A stretch of DNA of 57,059 nucleotides. Origin: Fidelibacterota bacterium UBA6817 (GTDB lineage Bacteria > Fidelibacterota > Fidelibacteria > Fidelibacterales > Fidelibacteraceae). The notes under the pieces are model-generated. The model ran no database searches. It saw nothing but the letters and a program-made list of their open reading frames with translations, and was not told where the DNA came from. A program made the position numbers and the translations under genes. Each line of letters begins with the position of its first letter. The stretch's first letter is position 1. This document shows positions 1-8,087 of this stretch, in pieces. The stretch spans positions 1 to 57,059 of the forward strand of contig DKER01000038.1 of NCBI GenBank assembly GCA_002452555.1. Reading direction: 5' to 3'.

Positions 1-134
1 GGGGTGCGGACTGCCGTGGCATAGGCACCGGGAACACGCATCATAACGCCTTCAATTACGGCCTGACCGCCGACCAGAATTGATGATTGCTGTATCAGAA
101 ACCGCAGCATCCGGTACATAAACCGGGGGGCCAT
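1..134 (-). CDS. DUF1385 (YqhQ-like) membrane protein, 5' part only (runs off window)
   Basis: Not in ORF track. Manual translation from ATG at 134 gives [56 protein letters not shown] is the DUF1385 signature, and the gene commonly follows rpmE. Confidence 0.8.
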   Translation of the reverse strand, partial: MAPRFMYRMLRFLIQQSSILVGGQAVIEGVMMRVPGAYATAVRT

Positions 135-141
135 GATGAAC

Positions 142-351
142 TTACTTTTTGGGGTTGAGGTTGTATTTCCTGTTGTATTTCTCAATACGTCCGGCCGTAT
201 CAAGAAGCTTCTGCTTTCCGGTATAGAAAGGATGGCAGGCTGAACAGATTTCAATCTTCATGTCCCCTACGGAAGTTTTGGTCTCAATGACATTCCCGCA
301 GGAGCAGGTGATTGTGCTTTCAACATATTTGGGATGGATTTTATCTCTCAT
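142..351 (-). CDS. rpmE: 50S ribosomal protein L31, zinc-binding (C+) type
   Basis: [34 protein letters not shown] motifs. Confidence 0.97.
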   Translation of the reverse strand: MRDKIHPKYVESTITCSCGNVIETKTSVGDMKIEICSACHPFYTGKQKLLDTAGRIEKYNRKYNLNPKK

Positions 352-607
352 GTGATATCCTGTATTTTCTCTTTTCTTTCAGATAGGAAGATTACTAATC
401 ATTCGGAAAAAAAACAAATAATTTATTGGTTTCTAGACACCATGCCTCCACATTCTGACGACAATCCAATCGAACAATTCCTTTTATTCGAAAACCGCAT
501 GACATTTCTATAGGCTTGTATCTTTCCAATTTCTTATTTTTGCTTTTAACTCTTTCGTGCAAGGACTTATTTGAAAGACACATTCAAAAAAAATCGGGAG
601 TAAAATA

Positions 608-1207
608 ATGAGTATCCTGGTAGCCCGTCAGGCCCCGGACTTTGTTGCCCCGGCCGTTATGCCTGACAATAAAATCAACCCTTCTTTCCGGTTATCGGAT
701 TATCGGGGGAAATATGTCGTCCTTTTTTTCTGGCCTCTGGATTTTACATTTGTCTGTCCCACAGAGATTATCGCGCACGACAAACGTATTGACGCTTTTG
801 AAAAGAGAAATATACAGGTGATCGGCGTATCCATCGATTCACAATATACACACCTGGCCTGGAAAAACACCCCAATAGAAAAAGGGGGCATAGGAGCTGT
901 TCGTTTTCCGATTGTTGCCGATATTGACCATGCTATCACCCGTTCATACGGCGTTGAACACCCGGACGGCGTGGCATTGCGTGCCTCTTTTCTAATTGAC
1001 AGAGACGGAACCGTTCAGGCTGAAATGATTAACAATCTTGATCTTGGAAGAAACATTGACGAGATCATCCGCCTGGCAGATGCTCTCATATACACTCAAA
1101 AGCACGGAAAAGTATGTCCGGCCGGCTGGGAAGAGGGCAAGGAAGCCATGGATGCAAATCCTGAAGGCGTTGAAGTATTTCTCAGCGGTTTCTCAGAAGA
1201 ATTGTAA
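608..1207 (+). CDS. ahpC: Typical 2-Cys peroxiredoxin (AhpC/Prx1)
   Basis: Peroxidatic DFTFVCPTE, GRNIDE and resolving VCPAGW motifs; GGGAG RBS upstream. Confidence 0.93.
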   Translation: MSILVARQAPDFVAPAVMPDNKINPSFRLSDYRGKYVVLFFWPLDFTFVCPTEIIAHDKRIDAFEKRNIQVIGVSIDSQYTHLAWKNTPIEKGGIGAVRFPIVADIDHAITRSYGVEHPDGVALRASFLIDRDGTVQAEMINNLDLGRNIDEIIRLADALIYTQKHGKVCPAGWEEGKEAMDANPEGVEVFLSGFSEEL

Positions 1208-1211
1208 GGCC

Positions 1212-2873
1212 TTACGGCAAAAAATAAAACCGGTCAAAATAAAATTGATCCTGTTTAAATTTTATTACCAGGGGGGCTTTTACCTCCTTTGGATAATATT
1301 GCCAGGAACCGGTAAAAAGATGGAAGCGGCTTAAGGGGTGCCCCGGATTTTCAACCGTTTTAACTATAGATGATGTGTTTATGTGCGGTAAATTGCTTAA
1401 TAAATACGGGATCTCATGATAAATTTCCCGGATAATGTCGTTCATGTTTTCTGTTACATCCGGAGTTTCTCTTTTATCCCACCAGGCAGAATACGGGTTT
1501 TTTAACAGCATTTGAAAATGTTTAAGAAAAATGGACGGAAATTCTGAGGGCCAGCCGGCAAAAACAGGATGTATGGCCGAAAGATCATCTTTGTAAACAC
1601 GATCCATCAGCTTAACCCGGAACAGGGTGAGAAGCAGCGGATTAACATCTGTTGTCAGGTCCGGTGCTGTTCCGGAGTGCTGAAGTATTTTTACAATTTC
1701 CAGGTTGGTTTCGGCTTCTGTTTTACTTTGTATGAACGCAATATTTTCGGACACACCGCCTCCATGGAGGTATAATCCGTAAGAAAAGGCGCCGATGTTA
1801 TGGTTAACAACAGAATCCTTCATCATTAAAGACCGAAAAACATTGCCATCCAAATCAAAAAGATCGGCCGGAACACCAAAATCAAAGAGGCGGTTGTTGC
1901 CGTACATATCACTCGTTGACAGAAAAATATCATCCCCTTTTTCGCCTTTCGGAGGATTCAGGGGAACATAGCGCATGCTTACCGGGAAAACGCCCTCTCC
2001 GTTCACGGCAAAGAACAGGGGAAGACCTACATGCATCACATACGATCTTACCGTACCCGAACACGTCACCCTGAGCCGTATCCAGTCTTCGTTTTGCTGA
2101 CCAGAATAGCCATAGGTCAGCCTTGTCCCGGAAATATGTTCGTCAAGAACCGGGTATAAGCCGACAATTTTCCGAAATTCCTGTTCCTGCTCATAGAGTT
2201 CAACAATTTTCCGGATATGACCAACATCAATTTTGTCATGGATTTTCATTCCGAGTGCCGTTTCAAACTGTTCTTTTACGTGCTTTCCGTAATAAATATC
2301 AAGATGGCGTATAAGGAAATACAATGGCCAATTTTCAGTCTGTGACCATCGTAAAAGATGCCAGACTGCCATAACATGAACAGCTTCCCATGAGTCCGGT
2401 TCACAGCGGGACCACAGGCATCCTGACGGAAGATCAATCAATGCATATCTCAGATTAATTCCTTCAATGAAATCAAGGAGATTCTTTTGCGATACGGCAT
2501 CAAGAGATTTCAGGGTTTGGGCGGCACGTTCATGAAACGTCCAACTCTTCATATAGGCATCAAATGCTTGATAATCCTTACCAAAGTCAGCGGCAAGGTC
2601 GCCTTGTGTGCTAAGTCTTAAAAATTCCATTCTGTCCCCGGAAACAAGTGCCTGGGAAAATCCGAGAGCCGTAAACAAATCTCTTTCGTCATCTATCTCA
2701 ACAGATATGGGCTCAACGAGTGAATTTATAGTAATTTTTACAGTACCTTGCCTTTGAAATGTCACGCTTTTATTGGAAACCGGCTCACCCCGGCTTAACC
2801 AGGCCCGGAAAATGAACAATCCGCTCATGGTCAGGGTTATTGAAATCAATATGACGGCAAGAGTTCTTTTCAT
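1212..2873 (-). CDS. Penicillin acylase (Ntn-hydrolase S45)-like protein, shortened and apparently lacking the catalytic Ser
   Basis: N-terminal TM helix. DERDLFTALGFSQA...RMEFLRLSTQGDLAADFG resembles the alpha-subunit motif and SAWWDKRETPDVTE resembles the C-terminal motif. No GSNNW autocleavage motif. Confidence 0.6.
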   Translation of the reverse strand: MKRTLAVILISITLTMSGLFIFRAWLSRGEPVSNKSVTFQRQGTVKITINSLVEPISVEIDDERDLFTALGFSQALVSGDRMEFLRLSTQGDLAADFGKDYQAFDAYMKSWTFHERAAQTLKSLDAVSQKNLLDFIEGINLRYALIDLPSGCLWSRCEPDSWEAVHVMAVWHLLRWSQTENWPLYFLIRHLDIYYGKHVKEQFETALGMKIHDKIDVGHIRKIVELYEQEQEFRKIVGLYPVLDEHISGTRLTYGYSGQQNEDWIRLRVTCSGTVRSYVMHVGLPLFFAVNGEGVFPVSMRYVPLNPPKGEKGDDIFLSTSDMYGNNRLFDFGVPADLFDLDGNVFRSLMMKDSVVNHNIGAFSYGLYLHGGGVSENIAFIQSKTEAETNLEIVKILQHSGTAPDLTTDVNPLLLTLFRVKLMDRVYKDDLSAIHPVFAGWPSEFPSIFLKHFQMLLKNPYSAWWDKRETPDVTENMNDIIREIYHEIPYLLSNLPHINTSSIVKTVENPGHPLSRFHLFTGSWQYYPKEVKAPLVIKFKQDQFYFDRFYFLP

Positions 2874-2875
2874 GG

Positions 2876-3562
2876 TTAATTATCTGCGATTTTGGCACTT
2901 AGTTTATTTCGGGAAACAGAAAAGTTTGCCTCAAGGATTTTTTGACTCTTTTGATCAACCGTAATACTCCTGAATGCCGCAGGGTCGCCTAACCGGGATG
3001 TAAAAAGATCCGTTTCTTTCAAAACCGGCCGTCCGCCGGTTTTGCGGGTCTTGATTTCCCATTGGATCATCCCGTCATCCCGTAACATGGGCACGGCTGT
3101 CGCATCATAAAACTCCCCTTCAATTTCCAGGGAATAGTGTTTGGTAACCGGCACGTTTTCTTTTGTCAGGGCAAGAATGAGCGACAGCATATTATGAACC
3201 GCTCCGTCGGCAGGACGCCATTCTCCGTTTGAATAGGAAATTTTTTTTTCTTCATAGCGGGTTGTAAGGTTCTGTCGTATATTTTTTTGAATAATATTTT
3301 TTTCAAACGATAAAATACCCGTCAAATCGCTATCCATGATAAGCCGATATTCGTTTTGCACTAAAAATATTCTGGAAAAAAAGGGCGTGGTTTCTGCCTT
3401 AAACTGAAAAGAAACATGGTTGTCAGGGTTTAATTCTGTTTTTTCCAAGCGAACATATACTACCGGAAGTCCCAGGAACGTTACTTCATAGACCTGTGCA
3501 GGCGCTTGTCTGCCAAAGAACAGAAGGCAAATGAATGCGATTTTAATGATTGATCTTGTCAT
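2876..3562 (-). CDS. Secreted protein, DUF3108-like
   Basis: ORF track 2876..3628. Likely start is ATG 3562 (MTRSIIKIAFICLLFFGRQAPA-Q signal peptide). YEVTFLGLPV...AETTPFFSRIFLVQNEY pattern resembles DUF3108. Confidence 0.5.
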   Translation of the reverse strand: MTRSIIKIAFICLLFFGRQAPAQVYEVTFLGLPVVYVRLEKTELNPDNHVSFQFKAETTPFFSRIFLVQNEYRLIMDSDLTGILSFEKNIIQKNIRQNLTTRYEEKKISYSNGEWRPADGAVHNMLSLILALTKENVPVTKHYSLEIEGEFYDATAVPMLRDDGMIQWEIKTRKTGGRPVLKETDLFTSRLGDPAAFRSITVDQKSQKILEANFSVSRNKLSAKIADN

Positions 3563-3602
3563 ACAAGTGTAAATATACATTAAGCGAGAGGAATATCGAG
3601 GC

Positions 3603-4439
3603 TTAGATTTGATCTTTTTCACTCTCAATTACCGGGGGAACAAAAAAAGGACGACACGAATAATATCCGGCCAGGATAAGCAGGCCTGCAAATAATATCC
3701 AAATATTTCGCACGTATCCGTTCGCAACATACCAGGTCGCGTCTCCGCTAAAATTAAGCATCAACAATGAAACCAAATTATACATGGAATGAAGAAAAAT
3801 TCCGGGAATCACAGAATCAAAAAGGTAAGACATTCCCCCCAACAGGATTCCTAAAACAGCGATTTGAATAAAATACCACGGCAGGGCGTGGATCATTGCA
3901 AAAAAGAATGCTGAAAAGAAAATCGCCGCAAGAACGTTTTTAATATTTTCTTCCAGGGATTGTAAAAGCACGCCTCTGAAGAGACACTCTTCAGAAAATG
4001 ATGCAGCGAAACACGCCGCAATGATCATAAGAACCGCTTCCGGAAATGTTGTCCATTTATAGTTTCCCATCAAAAGCAAATATTCTTCCGGAACGGCAAT
4101 CCAGTTGCCCAGAATCCTGTCGGCGGCATCTGATACAATAATAATGCCGCCTGTAAAAAGAATGATGCCCGGCCAGGCTTTATTGTGGATTTTATTCAAT
4201 CGTAATAGTTTTAAAACCGAGCGCCCGGGCCTTTTCCTTCGCACATAGATAAGTGTAGGAATTATAAAAACAAGTTCAAGAATCAGCAAACTCAAGGCCA
4301 GTATTGAATATGATTGGGAAAAAAACGGTGCTTTGAAAATGAGAGAAAGTAGCAATGATACGCCCCAGCCGGCCATTAGCAGCAGTATGGCAACCGACAG
4401 CGGTAAAAATCGCGTGTTATTGACGGGGTTTTTATTCAT
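3603..4439 (-). CDS. CPBP family intramembrane glutamic metalloprotease (Abi/CAAX type II)
   Basis: Multiple TM segments; EECLFRG, FAMIH and HSMYN motifs. Confidence 0.9.
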   Translation of the reverse strand: MNKNPVNNTRFLPLSVAILLLMAGWGVSLLLSLIFKAPFFSQSYSILALSLLILELVFIIPTLIYVRRKRPGRSVLKLLRLNKIHNKAWPGIILFTGGIIIVSDAADRILGNWIAVPEEYLLLMGNYKWTTFPEAVLMIIAACFAASFSEECLFRGVLLQSLEENIKNVLAAIFFSAFFFAMIHALPWYFIQIAVLGILLGGMSYLFDSVIPGIFLHSMYNLVSLLMLNFSGDATWYVANGYVRNIWILFAGLLILAGYYSCRPFFVPPVIESEKDQI

Positions 4440-4453
4440 TATTGATTATTGTA

Positions 4454-5287
4454 TCAGAAGGGCTTTAGCTCTCCATCCACGATCATTCCGCCCTTCCCGG
4501 AAAAAGAAACGGATTCAAAATAGGGATTATATACTGAAATATTATTTATGCTCTCTGCAAGTATAAGCGATGCGGGATGCTGATCTTTACTCCAGTCTTC
4601 AGGCGGATAAGGCATTGATTTGCTGCTGTCTGTCAGAACATACAGGGGAATATCTGTTTCTCGGCAAAGCCTCATGACAAGACCTGTGCCGATTTTATTA
4701 ACAAAACCGTTGTCCCAGTACCAGTCTGTCCCAACCAGGGCAAGGCTGCAGCTTTCCAATGCTTTTTCCATGGCGGCGTCAGTAAACAGGGATACGTCCA
4801 CGTCATAACGGGCCAGGAATTTGGCAAGGTTAACCGCTTCATTAACCGGTCGGCACTCCGTCGTATGAACAGTAAAGATTTTCTTGTCCTGAACCGCTTT
4901 GACAATAGATTTTCTAACAATTGAGCTGTGACTAAAAGAAAAAATACGGCTTCCGTCCTGAATTAGCGATGATGCCGTGTCAACGGTTTTATCAATATTT
5001 TCATTTAATTTTGTTCGGAATTCATCAATAATGGCCGGAATAGTATCATTGCTTTTTAAAAAGCGGTTCATGATAAAGCTGTTTAAATTGGGAAATATTG
5101 CCATCAGGGGGTGGGCTCCGACAACCTGTTCATACAGGGATTCCAGCTTTTTTGCCTGTTCTTCCCGTGAAAATGAGCTGTTGTCAGTAAAATAACGGGT
5201 TAAAATGTTTAAAAATTTAAACAACAATGTTGTCGCACCCGCTTCCTGTTCCAACAGGAGAGTTTCGAATTCAGGATAATATTTCAT
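4454..5287 (-). CDS. eIF-2B alpha/beta/delta family (IF-2B) protein
   Basis: ECRPVNE, LVGTD, NKIGT and NPYFE motifs. SFSHSS stands where the isomerases MtnA and R15Pi have THC. Confidence 0.8.
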   Translation of the reverse strand: MKYYPEFETLLLEQEAGATTLLFKFLNILTRYFTDNSSFSREEQAKKLESLYEQVVGAHPLMAIFPNLNSFIMNRFLKSNDTIPAIIDEFRTKLNENIDKTVDTASSLIQDGSRIFSFSHSSIVRKSIVKAVQDKKIFTVHTTECRPVNEAVNLAKFLARYDVDVSLFTDAAMEKALESCSLALVGTDWYWDNGFVNKIGTGLVMRLCRETDIPLYVLTDSSKSMPYPPEDWSKDQHPASLILAESINNISVYNPYFESVSFSGKGGMIVDGELKPF

Positions 5288-5978
5288 CGGGGCCCTCCTC
5301 GTCCCGGGGTAGGTGTACTATCCCCGATATTTTTTCACTGATGAGTTTCCATTGGAAATCAAAAAGTTTTCGCATCATCGTTATAGAAGTATCCAAATTG
5401 TACAAATTATTTCGCGCTTTTTCGAATTCTTTATTTCTGCGGTGCATATCCGAAATTAAATAATAGGTCATAGAAATATCTTTATTGCTCATGCCTTTTT
5501 CAAGCAGGGCTCTTTCAAACGATGTGATGGCCAGATTTCTGTATTCAGCTGCCGTTTGAGTATTTCCTTCATCATCAAAAAGCCAGCTTATACGCATATA
5601 GCAATCACCCATAAGATAGGATCGTGCCTGATCAGCCGCCAGAATCCCAAGATACGCCTGAAAAAGCTCCAGCGTCGTAGGATTGTTGTCTGAAAACTGT
5701 TCGAGATATGCTTCACTTTCCACATAAACCGTCACTTCTTGAAGATAAGCGGGCGGTGAGGAAAAATCATGACTGACATAATAACACGTCGGACATTGTA
5801 GCAGCCATTCGTCAAGTAAATCATCCTGAAATGTGCGAATTCTGAAATCGGTATCAATGCTTTCAATGTCAAACAATAAATGTGCCGGATTGTTAATTAC
5901 TGTTGTTCCGCAAATTGGGCAATTTACGGCACGCTCGCCGTTTTCCAGATCCTCGGGGACATAATTTTCATCAATCAT
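5271..5978 (-). CDS. Zn-finger plus TPR-like protein (DUF2225-like)
   Basis: CPICG and CPTCYY pairs, DTDFR, and helical C-terminus with RISWLF and YYLISDMHRRNKEFEKA. Confidence 0.65.
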   Translation of the reverse strand: MIDENYVPEDLENGERAVNCPICGTTVINNPAHLLFDIESIDTDFRIRTFQDDLLDEWLLQCPTCYYVSHDFSSPPAYLQEVTVYVESEAYLEQFSDNNPTTLELFQAYLGILAADQARSYLMGDCYMRISWLFDDEGNTQTAAEYRNLAITSFERALLEKGMSNKDISMTYYLISDMHRRNKEFEKARNNLYNLDTSITMMRKLFDFQWKLISEKISGIVHLPRDEEGPDEILS

Positions 5979-6438
5979 TCAGCGAAATCTCCAGCCATCT
6001 CTTTTCTGCAAACCCTTCAGACATCATCCTGTGCAGAATCTGCAACGATTTTTTATGATTTTCCCAGGCAACTTTTTCAACGGCTTCTTCAACGGGAAGC
6101 CACTCATAACTGCAATGTTCTTTTCCTAATATTATTTTATCCGCCTTAACCTCGGCGGCAAAGACTGGAACAATATTCATTCTGTTTTCCCTTGCTTCAT
6201 AAAACGAACTGGTTCCGTCAAGCACCCAAAAACGGGACGGTTTAAGCCCTGTTTCTTCTTTCATTTCACGCAGTGCGGCCTGCCATGCAGTTTCACCTTC
6301 CCGGATTTTTCCGTGAACACAGTGGTAAATACCTGCATATAAACGCTCCGGAGCCCTTTTCATTATCAAAAAACGAAGTCCTTCCGGGCTTTTTCTGAAT
6401 ATCCAGCAATCAATAACGCGAACAATTAACTCTGTCAT
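5971..6438 (-). CDS. Nudix hydrolase (NudB/Ap4A-like subgroup)
   Basis: Nudix box GKIREGETAWQAALREMKEETGL; EHCSYEWL. Confidence 0.92.
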   Translation of the reverse strand: MTELIVRVIDCWIFRKSPEGLRFLIMKRAPERLYAGIYHCVHGKIREGETAWQAALREMKEETGLKPSRFWVLDGTSSFYEARENRMNIVPVFAAEVKADKIILGKEHCSYEWLPVEEAVEKVAWENHKKSLQILHRMMSEGFAEKRWLEISLND

Positions 6439-6440
6439 AA

Positions 6441-6905
6441 TTAAAAAGGCAGGTCATCCTCGCCGGGCAAATTCTCGGAAGACATGTTTTTGGGCTGATT
6501 GTTTTCTTCATAGTTTATCGAGACGTCCGTATCAGAACCGCTTTCATTAATATCGGAGCCTGAATCTTTTCTGTCAAGCAGTATCAATGTATCAACGTTG
6601 ACCTCTGTCGAATATCTGTCGTTACCGTCTTTGTCCTGCCATTTACGGGTTTTGAGCCGGCCTTCAATATAGACTTTCCGGCCCTTTGTCACATATTGAT
6701 TGATATACTCTGCCGTTTTCCCGAAGGCAACGCAACGATGCCACTCTGTCAATTCTTTAATTTCCCCGGTCGATGAATCCCGATATGATTCCGTTGTGGC
6801 AAGATTAATGTTTGAAATTTGACGGCCGTCCGGCATAGCCCTGCGCTCCGGATCTTTTCCCAAATTGCCGATCAGAATAACTTTGTTCATTGAATTTTTA
6901 TGCAT
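6441..6905 (-). CDS. ssb: Single-stranded DNA-binding protein (main copy)
   Basis: [28 protein letters not shown] and acidic DDLPF tip. Confidence 0.96.
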   Translation of the reverse strand: MHKNSMNKVILIGNLGKDPERRAMPDGRQISNINLATTESYRDSSTGEIKELTEWHRCVAFGKTAEYINQYVTKGRKVYIEGRLKTRKWQDKDGNDRYSTEVNVDTLILLDRKDSGSDINESGSDTDVSINYEENNQPKNMSSENLPGEDDLPF

Positions 6906-6921
6906 AATAAAACCTCCATTT

Positions 6922-7410
6922 TTAAAGATACAAATCTTTCATCTCTGCTGCAATCAGCCTTTCAGCCTCTTTTTTATCCTTATAGAAAAGACCGTATACT
7001 GTTTTCTTTTGGTGTGCCGCTAAAATGGCATTCCACACCATCAGATCACAACGGACATAAACCCTTTCGGTTTCCGGTTTTTCAATAGTGCCCGCCGTGA
7101 CGATGACAGAAGGAATCTTATTACCGGCGGCTTTCTTAAAAACAAAACTCATGTCGGGAAAACGCAAGCCCAGATCATCCCTGTTTTTTCCCATGAGGGG
7201 ATTTATGCCGCTAACATTTATGTAATCCTGAACAAGCGCAAGAGTGTCTGACATCTCCGGAATATTTGCCGTCAGCCAGATTATATCATAATCTTTAAAA
7301 AGGTCCGGATTGTCTGCCCTTTCCAGGACTTGACAACGCGACTCCGGAAAAGTTATGTTCAAGGTCTGACCCGTAAGATCAGCTATTAATATTTTATTTC
7401 GTTCAGTCAT
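6922..7410 (-). CDS. Truncated or degenerate purine nucleoside phosphorylase (PNP-I)-like protein
   Basis: [27 protein letters not shown] closely resembles the trimeric PNP segment DHIN..G.NPL.G.N...G.RFPDMS. Only 162 aa. Confidence 0.55.
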   Translation of the reverse strand: MTERNKILIADLTGQTLNITFPESRCQVLERADNPDLFKDYDIIWLTANIPEMSDTLALVQDYINVSGINPLMGKNRDDLGLRFPDMSFVFKKAAGNKIPSVIVTAGTIEKPETERVYVRCDLMVWNAILAAHQKKTVYGLFYKDKKEAERLIAAEMKDLYL

Positions 7411-8087
7411 AAACCCTCCGGCCTGGGGCCAAACAACCCCTGTCCAATTCTGATAATTGTCGCTCCCTCTTCCAGGGCAATCTTATAATCGTTTGTCATT
7501 CCCATGGATAATTCATCAAAAGAAAATGTTTCCGTTTCCCGCTTTTTCAGCTTGTCTCTCAACTCTCTCAAAAGGATAAAAGACTGACGAATCCGGCCTG
7601 TATCTCCTGTCAGCGGTCCCATGGTCATCAGGCCTTTGATGTTAAGACCGGGCGTTTTTTCGCTTAACAGGTCTACAAACGGTTCAATGGTATCGGGATT
7701 CAACCCATGCTTGCTTGTTTCTCTGCTGGTATTTACCTGTATCAGAATGTTGATCGATGACAAATTTTCTGCAATAAGGCCGGCAATTTTTAATCGATCC
7801 AGGCTGTGGAACCATTCGAAATGGGTTAATAGATCCTGAACCTTGTTTGACTGGAGCGTTCCGATAAAATGCCTTTCTATGCCGGGAAAGGATTCCTGTG
7901 AAAACTTATGCAGGGCTTCTTGCATTCTGTTTTCTCCAAACGCTGTTATTCCGGCTTTTGCCGCCTGAGCCATAATTTCAATTGGAAATCGCTTGGTTAC
8001 GGCAACAATACGCACTTTACCCGGATAGGGAGAAAGATGTTGAATATCCCCGCGGATTTTTACAAGTTTTTCCCCAACATGAATCAT
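7407..8087 (-). CDS. yggS: PLP homeostasis protein YggS/PLPBP
   Basis: VAVTK (PLP Lys), FGENRMQE, HFIGTLQSNKV, GLMTM, LSMGMTNDY, IRIG. Confidence 0.95.
   Translation of the reverse strand: MIHVGEKLVKIRGDIQHLSPYPGKVRIVAVTKRFPIEIMAQAAKAGITAFGENRMQEALHKFSQESFPGIERHFIGTLQSNKVQDLLTHFEWFHSLDRLKIAGLIAENLSSINILIQVNTSRETSKHGLNPDTIEPFVDLLSEKTPGLNIKGLMTMGPLTGDTGRIRQSFILLRELRDKLKKRETETFSFDELSMGMTNDYKIALEEGATIIRIGQGLFGPRPEGL

Noticed and set aside
395-583. 62-aa ORF between rpmE and the peroxiredoxin
   Set aside because: No motif or clear RBS; more likely the divergent promoter region.
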